From contig JACQZI010000017.1 of NCBI GenBank assembly GCA_016207825.1, positions 15,478 through 79,477 of the forward strand: DNA of 64,000 nucleotides. The letters run 5' to 3'. Shown here piece after piece: positions 17,802-28,124 of this stretch. The notes beneath the pieces were generated by a model. That model made no database searches and was not told where the DNA came from. It saw nothing but the letters and a program-made list of their open reading frames with translations. The DNA comes from Planctomycetota bacterium. GTDB lineage: Bacteria > Planctomycetota > MHYJ01 > JACQXL01 > JACQZI01. The position numbers were made by a program, and so were the translations under genes. Every line of letters starts with the position of its first letter. Positions within the stretch are counted from its first letter, which is position 1.

Positions 17802-18764
17802 TTAATGATTTACTAAATTAGGCGGTTGTTTTCCGGAAAGCGCGATTACAACATTTTCGGCAACCATAGTGGCCATCTTATCCCTGGCCTCTTTTGTAGC
17901 ACTGCCGATATGGGGCAATAAAACAACGTTATCCAGTTTCAATAAAGCAGGATTGACTTTTGGCTCATTTTCGTATACATCTAAACCGGCACCGGCTATT
18001 TGACCTGATTTTAAAGCCACCACCAACGCCTTTTCATTTACAACAGCCCCACGTGAGGTATTGACCAGATATGCGCTCGGCTTCATCAATGCAAATTCGT
18101 TTGAAGAAATCAGATGTTTAGTTTCCTGCATAAGAGGCGTATGTAAAGTTATAAAATCAGATTTACTTAAAACAGTGTGAAGACTGCTTTTCTTCGCTCC
18201 GGTTAAAAGCTCAAGTTTCCGATTACGGGATAAATCTGTATATACAATTTCCATATTAAAACCTTTTGCTTTATAAGCAACCGCTTGTCCGATACGTCCA
18301 GCACCAATAATCCCAAGTATTTTATTATTTAAACCGGTTCCTACCATCAAATCAGGCCGCCAAAACCACTTCTCTTTTTTACGGATAAACCTATCTGATT
18401 CCGCAATCCGCCTGGCGCAGGCAAAAATAAGTGCCCATGTTAATTCCGCCGTGGCATCAGTCAAAACACCCGGCGTATTTGTAACCATTATCCCCCGTTT
18501 AGAAGCATAAGAAACATCTATATTATCATACCCGACAGAATAAGTAGCGATAATTTTAAGGTTACTACCGGCATTTATAATATCTTTATCAATATTATCC
18601 CCAAGGAGACATATTAACCCGTCTTTGTTTCTGACCCTTTCCAGTAATTCCCTTTTCGAGACCGGTTGCTTTTCAGATTTAATCTCAATATTAAAACGGT
18701 TCTTTTTAAGGATCGCCAAACCGCATTCCGGGATTTTTTGTGTTATATAAACGCTTTTATTCAT
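17802..18764 (-). CDS. D-isomer-specific 2-hydroxyacid dehydrogenase (glyoxylate/hydroxypyruvate reductase-like)
   Basis: NAD-binding GIIGAGRIG motif and the overall family signature. Confidence 0.8.
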   Translation of the reverse strand: MNKSVYITQKIPECGLAILKKNRFNIEIKSEKQPVSKRELLERVRNKDGLICLLGDNIDKDIINAGSNLKIIATYSVGYDNIDVSYASKRGIMVTNTPGVLTDATAELTWALIFACARRIAESDRFIRKKEKWFWRPDLMVGTGLNNKILGIIGAGRIGQAVAYKAKGFNMEIVYTDLSRNRKLELLTGAKKSSLHTVLSKSDFITLHTPLMQETKHLISSNEFALMKPSAYLVNTSRGAVVNEKALVVALKSGQIAGAGLDVYENEPKVNPALLKLDNVVLLPHIGSATKEARDKMATMVAENVVIALSGKQPPNLVNH

Positions 18765-19396
18765 ACACTGGCACTGTTAAGAATTGTTTTTATTTTACGC
18801 ACATAAGCCGAGCTTAACTTCACACCGAAAGACTCAAGAACTTCTTCCGGAGAAACCGAACCTTCTGGCGTAAACTTAACGCCCAAGAACAGAGTCTGGT
18901 CGTTTAATTTACGAACATTTGTAATAAATTTCTTAACATCCTTAAGCTGAACTTTTTCCTTGCGGGTGCGTTGAATCAACACCTGTTTCTGCTCCATAAA
19001 CCTAGCGATTTGGTGTTCATCAGGACTGTCTTTATACGAATTAAAAATGATATGATATTCAACCTCTTCAACCTTGGGTAAAACAGTAGATAAAACCGGT
19101 TCAACTTCAATAATCTTTATGCCCGAGGGAAGTTGTGCCTGGAATTTTTTGATAACATCGTTTGGCGTAATCCATTCAGAAAGAATCATATAAATCACCT
19201 CATCGTTAGACTCAATACCCAAGCTCAAAGCAGTCGGGAAAGAAATTCTGGGACGCGGGTTAAAGCCTTCTGACATTTTTACAGGTATGTTACCACGCCT
19301 GACTGCTCTTTGAATTGCCGTCATTAACTCACGATGGGAAAGAAAACGAGACTGGCCGTGTTTGGTAAAACGGACTTGTATAACAAACCGATTCAT
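18761..19396 (-). CDS. DUF2344 / radical SAM-linked protein (TIGR03936-like)
   Basis: FTKHGQSRFLSHRELMTAIQRAVRRGNIPV...GFNPRPRISF matches the family pattern. Confidence 0.55.
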   Translation of the reverse strand: MNRFVIQVRFTKHGQSRFLSHRELMTAIQRAVRRGNIPVKMSEGFNPRPRISFPTALSLGIESNDEVIYMILSEWITPNDVIKKFQAQLPSGIKIIEVEPVLSTVLPKVEEVEYHIIFNSYKDSPDEHQIARFMEQKQVLIQRTRKEKVQLKDVKKFITNVRKLNDQTLFLGVKFTPEGSVSPEEVLESFGVKLSSAYVRKIKTILNSASV

Positions 19397-19514
19397 TAAG
19401 ATATTTTACGATGATAAAAAAGGATTGTCAAGCAAAAGCTCAATCACTCTGCTAGAAAAGCATTAGGTAATACCTACAAGAGCAACAGTTGTTTAAACCG
19501 AATTCCTATCCCTA

Positions 19515-21368
19515 TTATTCCTTATCCGGGTTCATTCCCTCCTCTGCTTTTTTTACTTCTTCAAGCTCGCTGGCTAACGCCTTCTGGCTTTCTTCGGCAT
19601 TGCGAATAATACGGGGGGTTAAGAAAATAAGCAAATATGATTTGCGGATGGAATCATTCGTATACTTAAAGAGGAAATCACCCAATACAGGAATATCACC
19701 AAGCAAGGGGATTTTAGTTATGGTTTTACCCAAACGCTCCGTAGACAACCCACCGATTACTGCAGTTTGATTATCCTGCACAATTAAATGTGTCACCAAA
19801 GTTGACTCCTGTATCCTCGGTAAATCAATTGAGTTAGCAGTTCCGGCCGTAGTAACGGTGAAAGTGTCAAATCCCTGAGGAGTAGTCGCTTTAGCTCCGG
19901 TAAGAACCGTATTTTTGGGTATTATGGTCAGCATTATTTTCCCTGTCCCTCTAATTATATTGGGAACCACCAAAAGCTGGAACCCTTGCTCAGCAGGAGA
20001 TTTACTTGCTTCTTTAATAGTCACCTGTGAAGTAGCGCCACCTGCCGTTGCCTCAGTAACGGTAACTTCCGGATAATGAATTTTTTCGCCAACCCAAATC
20101 GTCGATTCTTTTCCATCAAGCGTCATAATAAAAGGACGTTGCTCCAACTTTGAAAAAGCATCTTTTGAAAATATCCTCAAAGTGGATGTTAAATCAAAAG
20201 TGCTCAAAAAGCCCATGGCAAATTCACCGGCCTTATAAGTACCAGTTGACCCAGCTTCTAGCTCACCACCAACCCCAAATGGAGCTCGCGTAAGGCGTGT
20301 TTTATCAACCGCTGAACCGGAGCTTGTTGATTTAGGAACGGATGTGATTTTCCATCCGTCTGTTTCACCGGTGGTTGTATAATCTATACCGAATTTAAGC
20401 AAATCCTCGTTTGAAGTATTGACAAAGTTAACCATAAACATTATTTGTAACGGTTCAATATCCAGCTGTTTTACCATTTTTTCCATTTCATCCAAAGCAG
20501 GTTTGGTATCCTTGGCGATAATACTATTAGTTTTTCCGTCATATTTAAGCATGCCATTCGGGGAAAGCATATTTTGAAGTATTTCGAGTACGGTAAATTC
20601 CTTAGCCGGGTCGGGTTTTTGCGCGCTGCCTAATGCGTATGTAACGCTTATAGTTGCACGGTAATCTGTAGGAGGCCGCAAATATTGCAACTGGAAGATG
20701 CGGGTTTCCAGTTGTGAAGTCAAGGCTTCCTGACGGATTATCCTGTAAACATTATGCGCCTCTTTAACCACCACGAAACCGGACGTTTTACAGACATATT
20801 CCAACGCTTCCATCCACGGCACTTTAGAAAATTTGAATTTAGGCACGGTTACGCCTTCAACATCCCTCGCTATAATAATACTTACTCCGGCCATATCGGC
20901 AATACGGTTAATAATTTTATCCATTTGTCTTTTTTCCGGAGCATCACTGGTGATTTCCATGTCAACCCAAACGGCTCTCTTAATCTGAAAATAATTCAAT
21001 TTGACTTCTTCGACAATGCAATCGCTCAAACGAACCGCCTCATTTAAAACATCGCGCCAAGGCAATTTGTTAACAGCCAATTGCTGGTTTATAACCACAG
21101 AATTATCCACTGTGATATCAGCAATTATAGTTACGCCTATTTTTTCAGATATGAATGTAAGTATATCCCTTAAAGGAGTATCTTTATTCCATTCGTTGGT
21201 AATGACCATCTCCTGTATGGAAACATCTTGTTTAACCTCATCGGCTTTCGGCGGTTGTGGCGTTACGACCGGTTCATCCGATACACCTATTCCGCAAAAG
21301 GACATGACCAATCCGAACGAAAGTAAAACTATAAGATATCGCTTTGCCATTTTGAGCCTCCTTTTCAT
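19515..21368 (-). CDS. pilQ: type IV pilus / type II secretion secretin (PilQ/GspD family)
   Basis: C-terminal secretin signature IPLLGDIPVLGDFLF...LLIFLTPRII. Signal peptide. Located downstream of pilMNO. Confidence 0.8.
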   Translation of the reverse strand: MKRRLKMAKRYLIVLLSFGLVMSFCGIGVSDEPVVTPQPPKADEVKQDVSIQEMVITNEWNKDTPLRDILTFISEKIGVTIIADITVDNSVVINQQLAVNKLPWRDVLNEAVRLSDCIVEEVKLNYFQIKRAVWVDMEITSDAPEKRQMDKIINRIADMAGVSIIIARDVEGVTVPKFKFSKVPWMEALEYVCKTSGFVVVKEAHNVYRIIRQEALTSQLETRIFQLQYLRPPTDYRATISVTYALGSAQKPDPAKEFTVLEILQNMLSPNGMLKYDGKTNSIIAKDTKPALDEMEKMVKQLDIEPLQIMFMVNFVNTSNEDLLKFGIDYTTTGETDGWKITSVPKSTSSGSAVDKTRLTRAPFGVGGELEAGSTGTYKAGEFAMGFLSTFDLTSTLRIFSKDAFSKLEQRPFIMTLDGKESTIWVGEKIHYPEVTVTEATAGGATSQVTIKEASKSPAEQGFQLLVVPNIIRGTGKIMLTIIPKNTVLTGAKATTPQGFDTFTVTTAGTANSIDLPRIQESTLVTHLIVQDNQTAVIGGLSTERLGKTITKIPLLGDIPVLGDFLFKYTNDSIRKSYLLIFLTPRIIRNAEESQKALASELEEVKKAEEGMNPDKE

Positions 21369-21388
21369 ATAAGTTAAAGTTAATTACC

Positions 21389-23101
21389 TTATTTTAAGAC
21401 CAATTCTTCCCCTTTATAAGAAAATATGACTTTTTTATCCTTAGTAATCTTCTTTACGATAAGGCCTTCCTCAACCTTTTCATTTTCACCGTAATAATTC
21501 CCGTTAATTAAAACAGAGGCGACCGGCGTTTCCTGCGTAAAAGCAAACACGTCGTTAAACCGTAGCCCGAAAATACTTATTTTAAATGGTGATTTTAAAG
21601 CAACGATATCTCGCTTCTCATAAAACAAGACGCCATCAATCTTTATTCCCTTTACCGTATAAAACTCGTTGATTATCTTTGCCCGATTATTAAAACCTTC
21701 AACTTCTATAGCCAATTCCATTATTTTTTGCTCATATTCCGTGCCCTTGATTTCTTCCCGTGCACAATATTCTTTGAGGGTCTTTAATTTCTCTTCGAGT
21801 TTTCCGAAGAGGTTTTTTTCTATTGCAGCATTAAGGTCTTTTTTAATATCCGCCAAAATAGCGGCTGCGTTATCGCGCAAGTCTTTGGCGCGCTCGTAAA
21901 GCAATTGCTTAATCGGGAAAATCTCTTCAAGCCTTTTTACGACCTCATCCATTTGTTGTTTAAAATCTGTTTTATCTGTCTTATTAAGAGCCTCGTAAAT
22001 GGCGCGGATTTCCAAATACTTATCGGAGAGTTCTTTTTCTTTGGTTTCCGGCTTCATTGTTTCATCCGCTATCATTTTTTCCATTTTACTTAATGAGTCC
22101 TTAGCACTATCGACTTTTTTTAACCATTCTAAATCATCTCCCGGATTTCCGTCTGACCCTGCGGGGCCTTCTCCTTTATTATCCCCTAAAAAATCCAAGT
22201 AAGGAGCTTTCTTAGCACCTTTAGGCGTATGGCGCGGGATAAACGGATCTATCCGTCCGTTTACGTCAAAAACCGTCCTCTTCTTTGAGCGCGCTTCTTC
22301 TTTCGAAACCATTGTCATAACCATATAATCATTCGTGAATTTCACGATATAGCCTTCCCTGTCTATTATTATTTTAAAGGTGTTCGGTTTAATTGCGGCG
22401 TCCGTATATTGGCATTCCACAAGATGACCTTCGGTCTCCTTCCCCATGACAATCTCGGTAATCTTACCGACTAATTTAACCTTTAATTCAGCCAGAGGAG
22501 AAGCGATACGCCCTTCGAAAATTATAGAGACCCCTTCGGTCAAATTTCTTGTCGGGTCAGGTGGCTGTTTAATAAGCCTACCGATGCATTCAAAATCATA
22601 AATCCCCCCTGCGGGAATCGGTTTTTCTGTTACATAAGTCTTATTGCTTGTCAGCAAATATTTAAAAACAATTTTATCTTCCTCGGCGTTTATAACAAGG
22701 TCTTTTTCCATATCCCTGCCAACCTGTCTGGTGGCCTCTATAAAAGAAAGATTATCCTGCCTGATATATATGGTTTTAATCTTGCGCTGTATTGGTAGAT
22801 TAATCCCTGTTCTGGTCGGCGCCACTTCAGCCACTATTTTCCATGCAGGAGCTTCTTTAACAGTTACACTGGTCCATGTGGTATGGCCAAACCCAATCTG
22901 CAACCCCTTAGAATCTGTTATCATATACCAAATCTCTTTTGTAACCGGCTCCTGTTCCGGCTTAGCAGTTTCCTCTTTTCCTGATTGCCCCCAAACATTA
23001 ACATTTTGAACAAACAATATTCCCGTAATCATGACGATTAAAACAATCATCATTAAGGAACGATGCATAAAAACATATATTAAATCAATTTTAGTTCTCA
23101 T
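21389..23101 (-). CDS. hypothetical periplasmic protein in pilMNO-secretin operon (possible PilP-like)
   Basis: N-terminal TM segment. No family recognised; placed by position. Confidence 0.35.
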   Translation of the reverse strand: MRTKIDLIYVFMHRSLMMIVLIVMITGILFVQNVNVWGQSGKEETAKPEQEPVTKEIWYMITDSKGLQIGFGHTTWTSVTVKEAPAWKIVAEVAPTRTGINLPIQRKIKTIYIRQDNLSFIEATRQVGRDMEKDLVINAEEDKIVFKYLLTSNKTYVTEKPIPAGGIYDFECIGRLIKQPPDPTRNLTEGVSIIFEGRIASPLAELKVKLVGKITEIVMGKETEGHLVECQYTDAAIKPNTFKIIIDREGYIVKFTNDYMVMTMVSKEEARSKKRTVFDVNGRIDPFIPRHTPKGAKKAPYLDFLGDNKGEGPAGSDGNPGDDLEWLKKVDSAKDSLSKMEKMIADETMKPETKEKELSDKYLEIRAIYEALNKTDKTDFKQQMDEVVKRLEEIFPIKQLLYERAKDLRDNAAAILADIKKDLNAAIEKNLFGKLEEKLKTLKEYCAREEIKGTEYEQKIMELAIEVEGFNNRAKIINEFYTVKGIKIDGVLFYEKRDIVALKSPFKISIFGLRFNDVFAFTQETPVASVLINGNYYGENEKVEEGLIVKKITKDKKVIFSYKGEELVLK

Positions 23102-23102
23102 A

Positions 23103-23690
23103 CTATTTAGCTGAATTTACGTAAGTGGTTATTTTAATAGTCAGCTCATGAATAATTTCGCCTGTTTTCAAAGCATCCCCCATTTTTATCGGCCTGAAAG
23201 AAAAACTGCTTACTTTAATAAAACGAGGATATTCTTCCAGTAGAGAAATAAATTTAATCAAATCAAATAATTTACCTTCAAGCTGTAAATCATAAGAAAT
23301 CTGCTCGAAATCCGCGGTTACCGGAGCAGCTGATCCACGCCCGCCGCTGCTTTGAGTAATAGATGCTGTTTTTAAAACAACATTCACGCTATCGCTTAAC
23401 CCGGTCAATGTCTCGACAAACACTTCGTAAGCAACCTCGTTTTTAGTCGGCAGTTGTTTTTGAAGCTCCTTGTTTTCTTCTTCAAGCTTTACTATGTCGT
23501 TTTCCAGTTCTTGTTTTTTCGGAAGTTGTTCTGACGCCGTCTTTAGCTTTGTTTCTATGCCTGCCAGTTCGGTACGCGCCTGGCTGAGATTCTTCCGAAA
23601 AACGAATATCCCCAATACCGCCAGGGTAACAGCAACAACCCCGGCCACGCCGAGCGTAACAAACAACAACTGTTTTTCTGACAATCTCAT
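23103..23690 (-). CDS. pilO: type IV pilus assembly protein PilO-like
   Basis: A bitopic protein with a coiled coil, positioned after pilN. Confidence 0.6.
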   Translation of the reverse strand: MRLSEKQLLFVTLGVAGVVAVTLAVLGIFVFRKNLSQARTELAGIETKLKTASEQLPKKQELENDIVKLEEENKELQKQLPTKNEVAYEVFVETLTGLSDSVNVVLKTASITQSSGGRGSAAPVTADFEQISYDLQLEGKLFDLIKFISLLEEYPRFIKVSSFSFRPIKMGDALKTGEIIHELTIKITTYVNSAK

Positions 23691-23691
23691 C

Positions 23692-24336
23692 TTACTTGGT
23701 TCCTGTAACGGGTAAACGATACAGCTCTATCTGGAAATCAGCTATCCAGTCTTCTTTCGCATCCGTTGCGTTAAGTTTAAACGTCAACTCTTCATTTATA
23801 CCGCCATTAAAAATATCTATTAATTCCGGGGTGTTTTTCAGCCTGCGGCGGAAATCTGTCATAATTATGATAGGATTTTTACTTTCGTCCGGGGCCACTG
23901 CCTGGCAATTCATTTTTATCATGGCTTCAATAGCTTTTTTTGTCCTGGTTCCACCGATTGCTTTATCGGCGCATTCAAAACTCGTCACCCAAACAGTCTG
24001 ATTTTCGTGCAACACATCAAAAAGCGTATCAATTGCATGCCACCATTTGAAAACGCGTGATTTTGTAATCTTTTCCGCAGCTTCTTTCCACTTCTTTAAG
24101 TCATTTTTTTTCTGCTCTAAAGCTGGAATCTGATTTAAAATTGCTTCTACTTTAGCCAATTCTACGTTCTTCTCTGTAATATCCTGTTTTACTTTCTTGG
24201 TATCCATCATGGTTTTGACATCCCAACCTAAAACGCCTAGACATACTACCACGGCTATAATAATACCAACGAACCGTGGTAATGGTGTTCGTTCTTTACG
24301 CCTTCGTTCAAACGGAATCAGGTTTATTTTTAACAT
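23692..24336 (-). CDS. pilN: type IV pilus assembly protein PilN-like
   Basis: Carries the KINLIPFERR N-terminal motif and a TM segment. Confidence 0.65.
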   Translation of the reverse strand: MLKINLIPFERRRKERTPLPRFVGIIIAVVVCLGVLGWDVKTMMDTKKVKQDITEKNVELAKVEAILNQIPALEQKKNDLKKWKEAAEKITKSRVFKWWHAIDTLFDVLHENQTVWVTSFECADKAIGGTRTKKAIEAMIKMNCQAVAPDESKNPIIIMTDFRRRLKNTPELIDIFNGGINEELTFKLNATDAKEDWIADFQIELYRLPVTGTK

Positions 24337-24340
24337 ATGC

Positions 24341-25405
24341 TTATTTCGGTTTTACGCGGGAAGCCAACCCTATTGCTATAGCCAAACGGGAAGCATGCCG
24401 CCCGATATCTTCTTTCGTAAGCTTTTCTTCATCAACCGCCAAATACTCCAATGGATTCCACCAAATCGGACGTTTCTCCAGGTTCTTTTCAAAAGCATCT
24501 TCCAACCCAACCAAACGGCCGCTTCCTCCGGAAAGATAAACCATGTCTATTGGTTTTTCAAACTGGTGCTCAAAGTAATCAAAAGATAAATGCACTTCGT
24601 GAATCAAATCATCCACCAAAGAAGCTGTTGCATCTTTAATATCTTCTATTTTATCAGCCGGGTTGCATTTAAGTTCGTCGGCCTGAGCAGACTGCAATCC
24701 GGTTCTTTTGCTTATTGCCTCCGTGAAATCATTCCCGGCAATGGTTATCTCACGTGTAAAACAGGAAACAGGACCTGACATAATATTCAACGACGACTTA
24801 ATGGTCCCGATATCAATCAAAGCTATTGTCTTATTATCCTCGACCTTACCTTGATTAGCCGCCAGCATCTGGTGAAGCTCGTAAGCGTTGCCAAGAGCAA
24901 AAGTATCTATATCAATAATATACGGCCATAGCCCAGCTCCTTCCAAAATAGCCAGGTGGTCTTCAATCAAAGTCCGTTTGGAAGCCACCAAAACCACCTT
25001 CATCTCTTTGTTTGCAGAATCCGCCGGCGGCGCTTCTGCGCTTGCCGGAGCAGGCAAATCCATGCGCTGGCAATCGAGCACAACTTCATTTGCTTCAAAA
25101 GGAATATACTTGCTGGCTTCATATTTTATGGCATTAGGCAATTCTTCATCAGACATTTCCGGCATTGTGATATAACGAACGATAACCGGCCTTCCGGAAA
25201 CTGCCGTTACCACTTTCTTTGAACTAAACCCCGCTTTTTGGAACAGGCTTTTCAGGAATTCCTTCAAATCGGCTCCGGCCGGTATATCTTCAACGGCATA
25301 ACCGGTAATGGTATAAACGCCTTCTCCGCTGACAAGCTCAACGGCCTTAACGCATTTACTCCCGATATCCAAGCCGATTAACGATTTTCCTTTTATTTTC
25401 GCCAT
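24341..25405 (-). CDS. pilM: type IV pilus assembly protein PilM (actin-like ATPase)
   Basis: LIGLDIGSKCVKAVEL actin-like fold motifs. Confidence 0.8.
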   Translation of the reverse strand: MAKIKGKSLIGLDIGSKCVKAVELVSGEGVYTITGYAVEDIPAGADLKEFLKSLFQKAGFSSKKVVTAVSGRPVIVRYITMPEMSDEELPNAIKYEASKYIPFEANEVVLDCQRMDLPAPASAEAPPADSANKEMKVVLVASKRTLIEDHLAILEGAGLWPYIIDIDTFALGNAYELHQMLAANQGKVEDNKTIALIDIGTIKSSLNIMSGPVSCFTREITIAGNDFTEAISKRTGLQSAQADELKCNPADKIEDIKDATASLVDDLIHEVHLSFDYFEHQFEKPIDMVYLSGGSGRLVGLEDAFEKNLEKRPIWWNPLEYLAVDEEKLTKEDIGRHASRLAIAIGLASRVKPK

Positions 25406-25418
25406 AAAATTTATATTT

Positions 25419-26192
25419 TCACGCTAACGTTAAAGACGTATGATGACGTTTGACTTTTTTAGCGAAATACTCATTCGCCTTATTATAGGAATCAATATCG
25501 CCTATGTCAAACCATTTACCCTTCATTTCACAACCAAAAAGAGCAGTTTGCTTATAAAGCCATTGGATATAATAACCGGGCGCATCCGGGTTATAACAGC
25601 AATCCAAATAATCGTTTATTAACCCTAACCTATCCCTGGAAAAAATATACAAACAAACAGCCGCTAATGTGCTTTTGGGAACAGGCGGCTTTTCTTCAAA
25701 TTCAACTATTTGTTTGGCTTTATTTAAAGTAGCAATACCATACTGGGAAAGAAGCTTTTCGTCAAGTTTTTTAAGATTAATTAACGCAATACAAGGCCCT
25801 TTCTTTTTATAAAAATCCACGAGCGGTTTCAGCGCGAAATCAAAAAGATTATCTCCTGCCACAATCAAAAGGTCATCGTTTATCTTCTCCTGTTCAATCA
25901 CAAAACGGATATCCTTGATTGCACCTAACCTGTCATCAGGAGAAGTCGTACCGTCGTTAACCACCGTAATTTTCTTTGGACCTTTAAATTCTTTTACCCA
26001 CCTCTCGTAATTCGGATAAAACCGCTGGTTAACCACGATAAACAATTCCTTAATCTCTTTGATTTTATTCAGGCGTTCAATCGTCCAGTTAATCACCGGT
26101 TTGCCGGCAATTGCCAGTAATGGCTTGGGCATATTTTGGGTTAGCGGGTATAATCTAACGCCGTATCCGGCTCCTAATATCAATGCCTTCAT
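25419..26192 (-). CDS. sugar-phosphate nucleotidyltransferase (NTP_transferase family)
   Basis: N-terminal motif MKALILGAGYGVRLYPLT...KPLL. Confidence 0.7.
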   Translation of the reverse strand: MKALILGAGYGVRLYPLTQNMPKPLLAIAGKPVINWTIERLNKIKEIKELFIVVNQRFYPNYERWVKEFKGPKKITVVNDGTTSPDDRLGAIKDIRFVIEQEKINDDLLIVAGDNLFDFALKPLVDFYKKKGPCIALINLKKLDEKLLSQYGIATLNKAKQIVEFEEKPPVPKSTLAAVCLYIFSRDRLGLINDYLDCCYNPDAPGYYIQWLYKQTALFGCEMKGKWFDIGDIDSYNKANEYFAKKVKRHHTSLTLA

Positions 26193-26325
26193 AATTTTCT
26201 TTATTATAAATTAATACGGCGTGCGGTCAAGAAAATATACATACATAACTATAAAGATAATACGCCTCCCCTCTTAAAACAACAAATTCCCCCGCTTTTC
26301 AGGCTTTTCAATCCCTTTATTATCC

Positions 26326-26353
26326 TTGACAAACTTATACGGGCTGATATATT
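26326..26353 (+). promoter_or_regulatory. putative sigma-70 promoter of argS (TTGACA-16-TATATT)
   Basis: -35 TTGACA at 26326-26331 and -10 TATATT at 26348-26353, ~20 nt before the start codon. Confidence 0.4.
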
Positions 26354-26372
26354 TAGTTCTCAAATAGCTTTT

Positions 26373-28097
26373 ATGAATATACTCAAGAATGAAATAACCA
26401 ACCTGCTTAAAGGGCATGACACCCTGTCAGGAATAAATATCGACTCTGTCCTGGAAAGGCCGCCGGACCGGGCTAAAGGCGATTATGCTTTAGCCTGCTT
26501 TTCACTGGCTAAATCGCTGAAACAAGTTCCTAATAAACTCGCCTCGGATATTGCCTTGCAATTAAAACCTTCGGGCCTCATTGCCTCCATCCAAGCAGAG
26601 GGCGGTTATATAAATTTCAGGGCGGACCCGGTAAAGCTGACGCCCCTTGTCATAAAACAAATTCTTACGGATAAAGAAAAATACGGGACATCCTCTATAG
26701 GCGAAGGAAAAACCATCGTCATAGATTACTCCTCGCCAAATATCGCCAAGCCCATGGGTATCGGCCACTTGCGCTCAACGGTCATCGGCAACTCTCTCTA
26801 TAAAATATTCTCCGAGCTTGGGTATAAATGCATCGGCATAAATTACCTGGGCGACTGGGGCACACAGTTCGGAATGCTTATTGCGGATTACAAGGAAAAC
26901 AAAAACCTCTATTCCGAATTTAATTCCGCGTTCCTGTCCGAACGCTATGTCGCTTTTAACGAACGGGCTAAAACCCAGCCGGAGCTCCTGGAAAAAGCGC
27001 GTGAGGAATTCAAGAAACTGGAATCAATGAATTCGGAAAACATGGAAATCTGGAATAAATTCCGCGCGCTCAGCATTAAGGAATTCCAGCGCATTTATAA
27101 ATTAATAGGGGTGAGCTTCGACGATTACTCCGGCGAATCAGCCGTAACCAATATCAACGAAGTGATTGCCCTGATAGAAAACAAGGGTTTGTGCGAAATC
27201 AGCGAAGGCGCTTTAATCGTCAACATGGAAAAACAAAACTTACAGCCGTGCCTCTTAAAGAAAAGCGACGGCGCCACCCTTTATGCCGCGCGAGACATCG
27301 CCGCCGCCATCGGCCGCCACGATAAATATAAATTCCATAAATTAATCTACGTGGTCGGCGCGGACCAGAAACTCCACTTCCGCCAGTTCTTTAAAGTCCT
27401 GGAACTGATGGGCTACGAATGGGCAAAGGAATGTGTCCACGTTGAGTTCGGGCTGGTCCGTTTATCCGGTGAAAAAATGTCCACCCGCCAGGGAAAGACC
27501 ATCATGCTGGAAGAAGTCCTGAACGAGGCGATTGAAAAATCCAAACAGGTGATTAAATCAAGGCCGCGGGAATTATCCGATAAAATCGCTTCCGCCGACC
27601 CCGATGAAATCGCCAAAGCGGTCGGCATCGGAGCGATTATCTTTAATGACCTTAAAAACAGACGCACGCGGGATGTGGATTTCAACTGGGAACACATTCT
27701 CTCATTTGACGGCGAAACCGGGCCATACCTGCAATATACCCATACAAGACTGGCAAGCCTCCTGGAAAAAGCCAAACACACCGGTTATAATACGGAAAGC
27801 GTTTCGCCGGCAAAAGCGGAACTCTTGACCGCGGATGAAGAAATATTACTTGCTAAACTCCTGAATGAATTCCCGGAAACCATAGAAAAAGCGGCGAAAA
27901 ATTTCGAGCCGTCTATTCTCAGTAATTATCTTTTGGAACTCTCCTCGGTTTTCAACCGCTTTTACCGTTTCCACAAAGTGATTAACGATTTGGATAAAGA
28001 TTTGAGTAATGCCAGAATATCTCTGGTCCGTTCCTTAAAATATGTTCTGGCAAAAGGGTTAAGTCTTCTCGGAATTAATCCTATCGAAAAAATGTAA
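26373..28097 (+). CDS. argS: arginine--tRNA ligase
   Basis: Class I HIGH motif (PMGIGHLRS) and a length and architecture typical of ArgS. Confidence 0.9.
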   Translation: MNILKNEITNLLKGHDTLSGINIDSVLERPPDRAKGDYALACFSLAKSLKQVPNKLASDIALQLKPSGLIASIQAEGGYINFRADPVKLTPLVIKQILTDKEKYGTSSIGEGKTIVIDYSSPNIAKPMGIGHLRSTVIGNSLYKIFSELGYKCIGINYLGDWGTQFGMLIADYKENKNLYSEFNSAFLSERYVAFNERAKTQPELLEKAREEFKKLESMNSENMEIWNKFRALSIKEFQRIYKLIGVSFDDYSGESAVTNINEVIALIENKGLCEISEGALIVNMEKQNLQPCLLKKSDGATLYAARDIAAAIGRHDKYKFHKLIYVVGADQKLHFRQFFKVLELMGYEWAKECVHVEFGLVRLSGEKMSTRQGKTIMLEEVLNEAIEKSKQVIKSRPRELSDKIASADPDEIAKAVGIGAIIFNDLKNRRTRDVDFNWEHILSFDGETGPYLQYTHTRLASLLEKAKHTGYNTESVSPAKAELLTADEEILLAKLLNEFPETIEKAAKNFEPSILSNYLLELSSVFNRFYRFHKVINDLDKDLSNARISLVRSLKYVLAKGLSLLGINPIEKM

Positions 28098-28124
28098 CTG
28101 CATCAAGAAAAGGAGTTCGACTAA